A stretch of 57,805 nt of DNA, the filler included, from Sphacelaria rigidula (Eukaryota): assembly GCA_964200075.2 (NCBI GenBank). It is 9 parts of 9 records of this genome, joined end to end, with 100 filler letters (N's around TTAATTAATTAA, not from the genome) between each part and the next. Parts side by side here need not be neighbours in the genome. Positions count along the whole stretch, not along the records: positions 19,304 to 25,637 come from CAXNAA020020715.1; positions 25,738 to 32,071 come from CAXNAA020020716.1; positions 32,172 to 38,505 come from CAXNAA020020717.1; 6 more parts are not named here. One strand, written 5' to 3'. Below, one piece after another: positions 25,347-37,739 of the stretch; position 1 is the stretch's first letter; each line of letters opens with the position of its first letter. The notes below the pieces were generated by a model. It ran no database searches. It was given only the letters and a program-made list of their open reading frames with translations, and had not been told where the DNA came from. Both the position numbers and the translations under genes were made by a program.

Positions 25347-25637
25347 TTGAGTGTTGTCCCATTTATTCTGAGCACCAGTCTACACCTTTCGGTATATATG
25401 TGGGCGTACCAGCCGGGGTCACACAAGAGGAAGGTCAACACAGGAGCTTTTTTTTTTCTTCTTTTTAATACCCCACCTTCCTTCTGCGGTGCTTGCCTTT
25501 ATTTTTATCGCAAGAGGGGTTCAGCAGTCCCTTTCCGTCGTCGTCCGTGGCGTCGAATTTCATGTACCCACGACATAGTCGCTCTCCACTGTTGGGCATG
25601 GTGTGAGGAAAGATTCCAGATCGCTCCGGGAATCGAA
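25347..25637 (-). mobile_element. tRNA-derived SINE family 1 (B box to tail), truncated by contig end
   Basis: Reverse complement reads TTCGATTCCCGGAGCGATCTGGAATCTTTCCTCAC, matching 38471-38505; body matches 1570-1750. Confidence 0.8.
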
Positions 25638-25737
25638 NNNNNNNNNNNNNNNNNNNNNNNNNNNNNNNNNNNNNNNNNNNNTTAATTAATTAANNNNNNN
25701 NNNNNNNNNNNNNNNNNNNNNNNNNNNNNNNNNNNNN
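25638..25737. other. Artificial contig linker
   Basis: N44-TTAATTAATTAA-N44. Confidence 0.98.
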
Positions 25738-26679
25738 CTTGCGCATCTTCTCTCATGGTAGTCATCAGGGACGGAGCTGCGCACGGTACGGTGGGCAACC
25801 GAGTTGAGTGCACGCTCATGAACAATGCAGGCAGTACAAAGCTGCACGTTGCTGGGGTTATTTTCAAGTCGCATTGTAAGGAGAGAGAACTGAAAGCCTT
25901 GGGCTGTTGGCACTGCACATTGTGCGCTTCGCCTTCATCTTCTCCTGCGCGAAGCACGCACACACGCACTGAAGACACCCTACTTGCGAGCGGTGCGAAC
26001 AGTACAGACCATGTACCGTTTCACGAATTCCACGGTCTTTTTTGGATTGAAAGCTTGAAAATCCATCCGGAACCAACTGCATCAAAACAAGAATTTTTCA
26101 CTTGACTCTATTCCACCGCTCGTTTTTTCGATCGAAAAAAAAAGTGCTAAGACACGCCCTCAGGCCTGAAAAGTTGTGCATTATTTGGTGATTCGAACCG
26201 GCGATGATTCGTCCGAACAGTATTTTAATTTTTTGGTCCGAACTTGACAGAAATAAAAAGAACATGATCCACATCGTCATCTGATTATTATCAACGTCAA
26301 AATCCCACCATACTACTCGTATGGTCGCATACAGATAAAAAGGCCTGCCCCATCGCGGTTGGGTCTGTTCATACGCACATGCGCACGCACGCACGCACGC
26401 ACGCCGTACTGTTTGTTGTATGCGGAGGAACGAAGGAAAAAATGAAAATATTGGCCATCGGGGGAACTTTATACAGAGTTTTATTTTTGTATCGGCACCA
26501 CACCGCATTAGAACTTGGTAAAAATTGAGCCAAAAAATAACGTTTTTGAAGAATAAACTGCACAATTGTTGACACTGGTAAGAACCCCTGGACGAATTCC
26601 GATATAGTCACTATTATTGGCTGCCCCGAAGAGAAAAGATAAGCCACGAGCCTCGTGTGAAGCAAGCCGTTCATAGGCC

Positions 26680-26868
26680 TCAGGCGGCGAGAGCAGGCCA
26701 TCTGTTGAACCGGCATCAATTTCACATGAAATAAATATGCATGATTCAGATGGACTACCCTCACAATCCCTTGGCCGCTGGGAGGGAGGTCTATCTGACT
26801 CATACATTTTTTCAAGTGAAATTGATGCCGATTCAACAGATGACTTACTCCCGCCGTCGAAGGGTTGA
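26680..26868. mobile_element. Two inverted copies of the ~100-bp TTAA-CCCT MITE family
   Basis: CCATCTGTTGAACCGGCATCAATTTCAC and its inverse GTGAAATTGATGCCGATTCAACAGATGAC...AAGGGTTGA; homologous to 19519-19616, 37147-37248, 47617-47716. Confidence 0.7.
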
Positions 26869-29555
26869 GCGGTGGCGCCACCTGCACAGCTCTTGTGGAC
26901 TGGCTATGGACGAACGATCCTTGTAAAAACACTTCGACACTTCCTGTAATCTACGGCAGACCAGTTCATGCCTCCGAACACGAGCCCGCGGCTGCGCTAA
27001 AGTGACGTACGTAGGGACGTTTTAAAGCATTGCTCGGTGCCAGCTTCGACGCCAAGAGTCCGTCCACCCAGCCACACTCTGAAAGCAAGTGGATGGTCTA
27101 CCTGCGATCATCTTGGTTTCAAAGGGCACACCACTTCAAAGACCCCACCCCCCCTCCAAAGACGTTTTCCCCGCGGGATTGTTCTATTCGCCGGAAAGTT
27201 GCTGTACTGAAATGAGGCTTGGCGCCCAGGGGAATTCCCGTTTCACAAGGAGACGAGAATAGCCTTGGAACTTTTTTTGAGAACAGCCTTGGAACTCTTG
27301 GAACTCTGTTCACTGAAATACATTGATACTGGAAACTCGCTACACCTGTGCCGATTCAACAGCTGAGGATCAGGTAGAGTCCTCGCAAATTAGTTTGGGA
27401 TCACAAAAGTATGGCATAAAATAGAAAAAAATCGATATGATACGTCATTCATATCCATTTCATTTAGGTTGAGATAACGATCGATCATCAGACCTGATTT
27501 TTCCTCTCCCACCGCACTTTTTCGATCGGAAACAAATGTGCTGGCCCCAATTTATGGAAAGAAGGAAATTGTTGAAATCTGCCTTCTTCTTGGAGCGTCT
27601 GAGTCGTTTTATGCCCGAACAGAGAGCTACAGTGGGCAGATTTTCACCTCGGTATGCCTTCCTGTACGTTGAGACGATTCCAGGATACATACGCGTTTTT
27701 CCGGTGGCGCACTTCATGTTTGGCTGTACTTTCTCCGAGAAAAATGAGCTGTCTCCGAGAAAAATGGGAGTTTGACGAAAACAAAAACTGCGCGACCGGA
27801 GGAGCGTACAGGTGTCCTGGAGCCGCCTCAACGAGTACAGCAAGGCATTCCAATGGCGTCAAAATCCGCCCAGCTCTGCTCCGTTTGCGCACAAAACGAC
27901 GCAGAAGCTGCAAAAAGGTAGTTTTCCAGATTATGACTTTTGTTGCCATGGGAAGAAGCGCATTATTTTATTTGCCTAACTAAGGCCATACCCTAGCGCA
28001 TTATTTTTTCGGTCGAGAAGGTGCAGCGGAGAAGAAAAATTCGATCTGATATGTCATCAGTCGTGCTACCACTTCTTGGTAGACTTGGAGGTTCGCATCG
28101 TGGTTTTAGTGTAGTCACCGAAATCTGGATCTCTAGTGAGGAGTGTGCTTGTAGCGAGCGCGGAACGCGTTTGTTTTTCGTCTCAAATTCGAAATCATAA
28201 ATTCCCGAGAAAGTTCCACGCTAGCAAGTGATGAAAACTAATCTCCACTTGTGTCCACGTCACCCATCATCTTGAAATGACGACTTGTCACATGGCTCTC
28301 TCTCTCCCTCTGCACCTTTGATCGAAAAATAATGCGCTGAGACACACCCCATGACACGCCCTCAAAAGGTGCAATGGAACAGAGTGCAGGATACAACACT
28401 AACGTCACGACCACAATAAGTTGCAAAGTAGGCAGTGACAGCTACGCAACTACGCCTGTAGAATGTAATGCCGTAACATTCAGAACGGTGATCTGATCAT
28501 GCAGTTGATCAGCCAGTCCAGTTGACTGTGCAGAGTGTCGTTTCGGTCTTTGCTTCGGACCACCGCGCATTTTCGTACGATTCGTTTCGTCCCAAAGTAG
28601 TACAACAGTTTCCCCAAACACAGACCACCGTCATAGCTAAAGAACTAGATTTTTCGTTCGTATGGGAAAGAACTGAGGTCGTCGCGATTGTTGAGATACC
28701 TGGTATAGCACCCACCATTACAATCGGTTTCCTTTCTCCTGCTCAAAAGCACGCATTCCTACTTTAGGATTCGAATCGTTTCGTCTGTGGAACAAAAATA
28801 AGCGTCGACTACTGTCTGCGTACCTCTTGAGTCACCCGTGCAATCCAGAGGCAGGTGTCTGATGTTATTTTTGGAGTACTACGGCTGTTTCAAGATACGT
28901 GTTTTCCCCTCTCGGCATCTTGTGATCCACGGGCGGCATACGAGTACGACGTGATATAGGGGACCATACCTACCTACGGCATGCTTCGGTATGGGACCAG
29001 AGGTTCGCACCACGTGTTTTCACGATAGATGGGAGGTACGCCCTCGGTGACGCTATTGCACGCTGCTGAACAAACAGTATAGTAGCGGAAGTCACGAGTT
29101 TGATCGACAGTACGCACAAATCATTCACACCACACGACTTGCAGAACTGAATATGTGTGTATATGGCAATGTATCACGGTGAAATTACCACGGAAGATCT
29201 TTCGAGACGAACCCTGAACATCACAGCATGACGACCCTGTGCTACCCGACGTTGTAGGAGGAACTCGACACCGTCAGACAGTTCTGTCACGATGGGAATA
29301 CAAGAGCTTTCGTGGGCGCAGAATAGATCGTCAAAACGTACGGAGTAATGGCAACGGCGGTGAAAAGAAGAGGAAGGCTGGATCACGGCTGGCTATACAG
29401 ATGATAATCCATCACTATATTTTACCGGTATCTATCACGGACCTTTCTAGCGTCGGAGGAACGGAGAAAACGGCTGCAGCTTGCTGACACTGTTGTTGTA
29501 CTGTATTCACTATAGTTTTGCCTTCCGTTGCACTGAAAATAATACGAGTACTCGC

Positions 29556-29709
29556 CTGGTTTCAAAAGGGAGAACTCTTCGCGAGACACTCGTTCGTCCT
29601 CGAAGTCAATGCCCGAGATGTAGAAGGCCAACCTCACAGCTTCAACAGGGCCCGGAATATCGAAGTACGTCAGCCTGATACGAGGCGGGAGTCCGGGATA
29701 CGCAGGCAT
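29556..29709 (-). CDS. GST: Glutathione S-transferase (sigma-like N-terminus), first exon
   Basis: MPAYPGLPPRIRLTYFDIPGPVEAVRLAFYISGIDFEDERVSREEFSLLKP matches the LTYF..GxxExxRL..G.xFEDxR GST signature; similarity ends at a CAG|GCGAGT donor. Confidence 0.9.
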
Positions 29710-30686
29710 GTCTCCTCACGTCTTGAACTTCGAACTGGATCCGCGAAAAATTACAGCAGAGCCTGCGGTGATCAGCGATGAATTATACGATGCAGTACAG
29801 ACAGCCAGAGTAACGAAAGTGAAATAACAGCATGAACAACAGTAGTGAGTACACACGAGACACAAGACGGGAAAATAAACTGCCTCTTGTTGCAAAAATT
29901 TCAAAACCGTCACACCGCGAAACGTTCTGCCATGCAAGCTTACTCCTGATGACTACTCGCATCGCACCTGACCACCGGACGCAAGTGGCATGAAGTGTGT
30001 GGAGGTAGGGCGCAGTTTATTCGGACTGTCGTCGACTTCGCAGTTTTGCAAAGCGGCGGGAGCATTGCGTGTCGACAATCCCCCGAAATTGCGGCTCAAC
30101 AAAAACCGTTTGGGGGACGGTTTCGTTCGGGATTCAAATCCAGGAGAGCAAACAGCAGGCAAGTGTCGTACAGAATGTATCAGTTGTGCGTGTGGTGTCA
30201 ACATCTTTATATCAGATTCAACAAAGGGGGCGCGAATGACAGTGTTTATCGTGATGTCACGAAGAGCTGCTTGCCCGATGGGTGGCGATCGGTCGATTTA
30301 ACTGATTTGTTTGCATTTTACAGTGAAATATTCCCCCAAATCATTACGTTGTTACTACAAATATAGTCCATAACCAATTCATCGTTTATTCATTAAGCAA
30401 ACGGGTCTGCGCAACCAAAACGATGAATGTTGAATAATCCCCCAACCTTGCCCCTGAGCACTGCAATTGGTACTCATCCAAAGGTGGGACGGTCCTGTTG
30501 TCTGTGGTACAGCATAGTACAGTCTACCCCATTTTCCCTAGTCTGGACAATAATAGTATCGACAGGGCGCACTGGTAAAAACTCAACACCAAGATTCCCA
30601 TTCAGTCCCACATATACGTTACCGTGGTGTGTCCGTCCCCGCATGCTCGGTATCCCAAGTTTTGCAGAAAAGAACATCTGCTGCAA

Positions 30687-31056
30687 ATGCGTCGCAGAAG
30701 ACCAACTGCGCTCTCAACAGTAGTAGCACTTGCGGCGGCGCCGGTACTCTCAACCCTAGGCTTACGAACCCCTTCATCAGCAGTATCCTTGGGTGACTTT
30801 CGGCTGCAGTTGCCTGCGGCGTGCGGCACCTTTATAGCCTCAACACGAGCTGAATGGCGGGACCTTTCTGCTACTGCTAGCCGGGGTAGGGTGGGGATTT
30901 GCGTAGTAGGGGAAGGCGGGGGATGGGATGCTGCTGGGGGTCGTGTTGGTGCGAGCAGGGGCGGCATCTGGATGAAGGCCAACAAAAAGAACAAGAGAAA
31001 AAGAGAACAGCAGCAGGGTGGTGGTGATGGCGGCGGCGGGGTTGCGGGCGCTGGAG
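30687..31056 (+). CDS. Probable first exon of a plastid-targeted or secretory protein, divergent from GST
   Basis: MRRRRPTALSTVVALAAAPVLSTLG (signal-peptide-like), Arg/Ser/Ala/Gly-rich transit-like stretch, basic MKANKKNKRKR, then GAG|GTGTGT donor. Confidence 0.5.
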
Positions 31057-31995
31057 GTGTGTTGCGCTGGTTATTGTGCTCTTTGCATATCAAGGATGTA
31101 TTTTACTTTCCTGTACAACAAAAAAGGTACGTAATTCACGGTGTCGATACGGTACTTCGTCATCATGTGTCATCAGTCCAGTAGTCCATTCGACGGAAGT
31201 AGGTGGCGTCACTGTAACGCTCCGATGTTCGCCATGATCAATGCGAGTTGACGGCGACGGCTGGTGCGCAGCTGTCCTCCTATGTGAGGTATTGCACACG
31301 ATACTGCAGTACGGTGCACTTCAAAGTAGATTTTGTTGTCAACGCGTTTAGTTGTCCTCAAAGTGCTACGATACAGCGCACCGTGCACAGCGCGAGGCCT
31401 GCGTTTCTGACACAGAAATGCGGCGGAATGCGGTGGAATTACTGCACTACTACTCTGACTGTCGTAGTGACTGTTGTACATCAGTATCTACGAGTACGAC
31501 ATTCCCTTCGAACTAGTGTTCAAGCGATACTGCTCAAGATAATGTTAGAGATGTGATGGCATCATAGCTGTACTGTACATTCATGAAAACCTCCAGCACA
31601 GATCCGTTACGCAGACCCGTTACGCTAGAGCGTGACCGTCTTCCTGTTGGGTCGTGATGGCGTTCTTATCCTAGTGCCGACGCAGGTGCCGACGCAGGTT
31701 GTGCTTGAGCAGCCTGTCGAGCAGCCCTGGTCGTATTTTCGCATATCATGGAGCAGAAGAAATGACCGGATGCAACAACTTCACTACGATGCAATGTGCA
31801 CGTTGACACAACAGTGCAGTTTAGTATAGCTAAACCGGGCGCGATATTGTGCGGTTGAGGAATCCACAGGCACCAGGCGCCGTAAGGTAGGTACCCCGTA
31901 CCGGTATTTCGGACATCTTACACCCTACCGATACCGGTCAAATCGGGTATTTTCAAATGTCATACCTACGATACCCACGACACCACGGTATTTTG

Positions 31996-32071
31996 CAAGG
32001 GTAGGTCGAGTAGAGTATACTCAATTGCGGGGTATTTTGAAAGACGTACTTGTGGTACTCAAATTAGGGTA
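31996..32071. mobile_element. End of minisatellite-bearing hAT-like MITE family (also ~25175-25345)
   Basis: CAAGGGTAGGTCGAGTAGAGTATACTCAATTGCGGGGTA terminus like that at 40848. Confidence 0.7.
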
Positions 32072-32171
32072 NNNNNNNNNNNNNNNNNNNNNNNNNNNNN
32101 NNNNNNNNNNNNNNNTTAATTAATTAANNNNNNNNNNNNNNNNNNNNNNNNNNNNNNNNNNNNNNNNNNNN
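32072..32171. other. Artificial contig linker
   Basis: N44-TTAATTAATTAA-N44. Confidence 0.98.
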
Positions 32172-35100
32172 TACATGGGCGGTCACATTCGGGTGATGAG
32201 CACCAACCACTCTCCACGGACCAGTCCACGTCGTCATCAATTCAGGCCTAAGTCCCGGGCGACGCACGCGTGCGTACAAAACATAATCGCCTACCTCGAA
32301 ATTCGGCAGTTCTAGCTCCGGCGAAGACCCCTCACGTCTACCCGCACGTTCAGCGGCAACACGCTCCTGCACTTGAACGTGGAAACGTTCTTGCAACTCC
32401 AAAAGTCCTTGCAATGCACACTTCAGTTGCGCATCGTCTAAAACATCACAGTTCCACTCCCCCGCCGATGAGGGCGCCAACACCGAGAAAGACGTCCGAG
32501 GTGCACGACCAAACATCACGTGATACGGCGTCCTGTCGTACCGAAGGCGATATGCTGTATTAAGCGCCCATTGCACCGCGGGCAACACGTCCACCAACTC
32601 GGTCACTTCTCGACGCTGCTCGAGAAGAATAGAACGAAGAGCACGAACTACTCCCTTGACCATGCGTTCGCACGTACCGTGAGACCACGGAGAATATGCT
32701 ATCGCAAACCGGTGATCAACGCGCAAAGCCTCTCGCAATTGGGCCGAGATCGCATTCTTGAAATGCGTGGCGGTATCACTCACCCACACATGGGGCACCC
32801 CCAGCGTTTTGCACCAATGCAGCAAATATGCAGCGGTCGATTCAGCAGTACACACTGCTACTGGTTCCACAGCCACAAAGTTGCTCGAATCATCCATGAT
32901 TACCAAAATGAATCGAAACCCAGCGCTCCGCGTTTGAGACGTTGAGGCCATTTGCCACAGCATCCGTCACGCTTTCCTCCAGCGCAGCCATTCGCGCGGA
33001 CTGCTCTTCTGCCGGCTCCATAAGCATATCGGGGCCACGCTCCACTACGCGTTCCACCGCCTCATCACGCTCCTCGAACACCTGCCCCCCCGCCTCCTGG
33101 AGAGCATCAACCGACAAGCTCACTCTGCGACTAGCCAAAAAAAGTAGGCGTTTCGACACTCGAACCGGGCGACGGCATTTGCGTTTTTGGGGACTCTAAC
33201 AGCCGATCACACGGATCGACTCCGAGTCCCCGAAGCGTCGGTAGGCCCAACAGATCGACACAACTCGTCCCTGGCATGATCTCAAACAATATCGGGGGTA
33301 ATTTCGCTGGCCCCCAGGTAGTCCTGAACGCCAACTGTAGGGGAATTGTGCGCTCCGTGGCATTTATACTTTGCCCCGAGGCGGTGACGGCCTGCCGCGC
33401 CCCGAGCGAGACCGGAATGCGGATTTGCTCACCAGACATTGGACGCTCCAGCATCTCCACAATCAGCACGGACACGCTCGTGAAATGGGCGCCTGAATCC
33501 AACACAGCGTTGACCGATATGGTTCCCTGCGCCCGTTGATTTGGGAGATATAACTGCAGGAATATGTTTTCCTTGATCCTCGACCGGCACCTGCTCCGCC
33601 GAATGACTTGTCGCGATCCCCACTTGGCGCCACGACTGTGCATTCGGCGCACGCATAGACGCCCCCGCTAGCGTCACCGGCACCGCCGGCGGGTACGATA
33701 CCCCGCCCGCAGAACCAAATTTCAGCAGTACTCCCGCCGACGCAGCAGCGGATCCAAATTTCAGCTGAAATCCGGCCGGCTCAGCAGCAGGCGTCTCGCC
33801 TTCCTCTGCTGCCGGCGGTGCCGGCACCGAACCCGACACTAGAGTGGTCGGTCCCACCTGCACCGCCCGTTGCGGAGCAGCAGCCCCCATGGCTGAGCCG
33901 GACCCAGAACCAGACCCCTGCTGACGCCGCTGCCCCTACTGCTGCTGCTGCTGGGAACTCGACTGTACATCTCCACCGCTGGAGGATCCGCCTCCGCCAC
34001 TACCCCGATTAGCTTGTCCTCCTTTGTGACTGCGAGAGCGCGCGGCACTCGTCTGCCCAGACTCCCCCTCGGAAGGCGTTGGCCACTTGCGTGCGTAGTG
34101 GCCTACCTAGCCACACAGAAAGCAAGCAATATTGGCGGCGACACTGCCTGCGGATTTCGATCGGCGGTTACGCGAGCTCGAAGACTGCGGCGACAAAGTG
34201 GATGGTTTCCCGAATACTTCAATCTTCCGCCATGCCTGAGCCTCAGCCACCACGGCATCCATAACTAAGTACGGGTCTGACTTCCAATTGGTTTCGTGCT
34301 GTCATTGCACAAGCACGGCCTATTTTAATTCCGCTGGTGCCAGACCCTCCACCATCGCTTTCGAGATGACCGCAGCGGGCCCTGGACGGAATTTTCCATC
34401 GGAGGAACGGTAAGCCATCTCGACGTTGGGATTTTCCGAAAATATGTCTCCAACTTTCCCATGATTGGCTCCACCCTCGCGCGCATGGTCTTCCCCTTGT
34501 GGTTCATGGTGACAGCCTTCGCCACGGCCGCGGACGCCTGAGTTAGCTCTACCTCAGCGCCCGCCGCATGCCCTGTATGCTTCTTGATCGCTGCAGCCAG
34601 TTGCAGCGGCGTTATTGTGTGCTTCTCGTTGAATCTTCTCGCAAAAACGCGTCGGAGGGGGTAGGTACGAGTTGCGCTATGGAAACCACCTGATGTCTTA
34701 CCGCACCCCCCGCATTCGCATGCTCTACCCGCCTCTTGTATTCCACGTATTTTGTATAAAACGAACGAGGAGGACATTGAGAATACAAATTCCCGTACCT
34801 GGGAGGCCGTAACTCTTCTCTCAGAACACCTGGAGTTACAGTCGTCTCCGCTGGCTCTTCGGTCAGTACCTCTGTAGTCTACATTTCCGAACGGATCTAA
34901 TCGAAAGCTTCTGGACCTCCTCGAACTCCACAGTTCACACCTGCCTTCGTCGCCGCACCACACAGCCGTGGGGTCCTATAAACTCTCGCTGCACGCAGTT
35001 CCAGCAAGTCTCCAGTCTGGATCAATCACGGACCAGCCGCCTTTGCAGCTACCTCAGCTTGAACCCTCTCACGCGTCCGTGAAACAATATGTCCAAAGCT

Positions 35101-35382
35101 GTCCAGATTCCTGTCGACTGAAACATTTCCAGTAGTCACTTACGATAGCACTACTAGCACGACTAGCACTATCCCTAATATCGATATTGTGACGCCAGCA
35201 GGTTGCTAGTACTGCAGCGTCTAATGCTGTTGAGGGACTCCCCAGTTCCACTGGCCTCAGGTTTCAGTTTTTAGCCTTCGCAACACCTTTTATTATCCTG
35301 GAGTGCCACCCAGGCGGCTCCATAAAGCAGATCAGGGTATCACCCCCGTGTCCATGTCATCATCCATAATATCATCACTACA
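32172..35382 (-). mobile_element. Degenerate, internally deleted Ty3/Gypsy element: gag with CCHC knuckle, aspartic protease, integrase core; RT and RNase H missing
   Basis: CFLCG*VGHYARKWP at ~34080-34124; protease VNAVLDSGAHFTSVS...LLGLPTL (33131-33652); integrase FILVIMDD..VWVSDTATHF..HGTCERM..PYHVMFG..FEVGDYVL..WTGPWRV (32172-32920); possible LTR TGTAG..TCACA at 35382-35188 (weak). Confidence 0.85.
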
Positions 35383-35733
35383 TTCTGGAATGGTCCCTTC
35401 AGACTAAATTTTCCTATCGCGATGGTATTGCGAGACCATCGCGATAGGAAAATTTGGCTTGGATAGCATCGCGATAGAGAAAAAATGCATTTTTTTATCG
35501 CGATGCTATCTGCGACAGGGTCACACAGTTTCTTGTCACGACCATTGGCGATATTAAACATGTTCATAAGGAAATATGTAGGACCAGACAACTTACCTTG
35601 ATTTGATATTCTCTGGTCGTAAACGACGCTATCGCGATAGCATCGCGACAGAGAAAATTATCTTTCTTTCTATCGCGATACTATCGCGAAACCACTTAAA
35701 GGATCAAATAGGCCTGAATGGACAGTTCCAGAA
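35383..35733. mobile_element. ~350-bp MITE with ~20-bp TIRs and internal ATCGCGAT palindromic repeats
   Basis: TTCTGGAATGGTCCCTTCAG...CTGAATGGACAGTTCCAGAA; multiple TCGCGA motifs. Confidence 0.75.
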
Positions 35734-36521
35734 TACGTGGTATACTGAAAAGTTTTGGCCCATATTTTCTCATTGATTAAACCCCATGTCTAGTGAATCC
35801 TATACCTAAGGGAGATAGCGCCAACACTAAAATCTCTATGGAACTCCCGATCGATGCATTCAGCGGATGGTGACGAATTTTGGTGTGGATATTCTCTGGA
35901 GCAAGGGGAGACGACAGATACCCTCACCTTCCCCTAATTCGTTATCTATCCCGAGATATGGCGCACATAAGTTTTCATACTACAATCAATATATTACGAG
36001 CAGAGGCACTAGATGCCCTAAATCTGGATATCGCGTTTCAGTTTTAAAGAGTTGTTCCATAAAATTTCGTGTGGTGAGCCGCTAGTGCACAATGAAAAAT
36101 ATGAATACAGCTTGTGTCACCTTTTTCATTTCTTTTCATTTTTTTTCGTGTTTTAGTGAAGTTTTGAGGAGAAATGTACATTGCTGTTAGGCCTTGTCTC
36201 AATGTTTTAGCTCAATTCTCAGAATTGTGATTTTAAGGTTAGCAAGGAGAACCACAAAAAAGTGCAAAAAAGAAATGAGCCTTCATTTTTTCTTCTTTTC
36301 ATAGAGGTTAGGTCGTTCTCGTGAACAAATGGTCTTTACCATAGTAGAACGCCCTAAACCAGTGAAAAAAATGAAAAAAAATCAACCTGATCCACTTCGT
36401 TTTGTTAATTACGCCTTCGAGAGCACCCACGCAAAATGTCAATACACAAAAACCAAACATGGGCCGGTGAGTGGCCTGCGAAATACTGTTCCGAATTTCT
36501 ACCGACCCGATTTTGAAAAGA

Positions 36522-36796
36522 CCCATGCTCCCGCCACTATTTAGAGTTGGAGCGTAAAATTTGGTATGGACAATGCATAGGGCATGAAGAAAAAAACCCG
36601 TCGGAACCAGTAGTTTTCTCTTCATTTTTTTCATGAGCTGGTGGCAATAATCAGTTTTCAGGTATCATCGGTAAAACTCATGAAAAAAACAAAAAAACAA
36701 ACTTTTTTGATGCCGACATGATACGTTTTTTCATGCCCTATCCTTTGTCCATACCAAATTGCAGGGTCAAACTCTAAATATTAACGGGAGCATGGG
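36522..36796. repeat. Foldback inverted repeat
   Basis: CCCATGCTCCCG..TTTAGAG..AATTTGGTATGGACAA..ATAGGGCATGAA mirrored by TTCATGCCCTAT..TTGTCCATACCAAATT..CTCTAAA..CGGGAGCATGGG. Confidence 0.75.
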
Positions 36797-37146
36797 CCTG
36801 CAAACTTCAAATCCGCCTCTAGGCTGGCCCAGCTCATATGTGTCTTTTTTTCTTTGTTTTTTTTGGCGATGCACGACGCTCGGTAGGTCTGTAGTCGACC
36901 ACAGAGACACCCGACTCCGACACAGACTCACAGTTGAGGCTCGGTAGTGACGAAACGAATATGGCGACGGAACGGCGAACGTGTGGCCGTGCAGCTGCGG
37001 CCTACAGGAGAGGAATACAGCAGCAGCAAGCAGCAGGAACACCTGCCGATATGTTGTAATCGACTACACATTTTTGCGGACTTCTTTGTAACCCACTGGT
37101 CGATGTACCAATTTATGACTATCTTTACTCGGGTGAAGAGGGTTAA

Positions 37147-37248
37147 CCCTTGGACAGCGGTGCGAGTAGTCCATCAGGATCATGCATACTTTTTTCACGT
37201 GAATATTAATGCCGATTCAGCAGGTAACCTACCCTCGCGGTCAAAGGG
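37147..37248. mobile_element. ~100-bp piggyBac-type MITE (TTAA target, CCCT..AGGG ends)
   Basis: TTAA-CCCTTGGACAGCGG...CGCGGTCAAAGGG-TCAA; shares its left TTAA with a preceding short element ending GAGGG-TTAA. Confidence 0.7.
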
Positions 37249-37739
37249 TCAAGGCACGCCACGTGTAACCTACTACGTAAGTCGTGTGGCAATGCATCAA
37301 ATTAGCACGCACACAGCCTCATCTGTATGCAGGCTGTGTGCGCAAGCAGCATCATGTCAACAACGAACGCGTGCCGCGCATGGAACACTTATTTTCTCCC
37401 TAAAATCCTCAACACCAGCCGACCCGACGCACTCGACACACGTCTAAACGGAAGCATCATTCCCACGAGTGCGGGAAGTTTGCTGGGCCCGTCAGGCGCG
37501 CGTCAGTCACGCGCATACGTCAACGCCAGATGACAGCAGTAACAGACAAGTTTATTTGTTACGCCGCATCACAGCTTGGTCTGTATGCACAGCATCATTC
37601 AAGCAGCAAACACTGTGTGTCTGTGCACTGGAATCGCAAGTTGACCCTTCCAACTGTAGTTGGACACGACAGCCCCATATGCACACACGCCTCACTACAT
37701 GACCACCCCTTCTGTTCGTTTCACATCGGTACGTACCCC

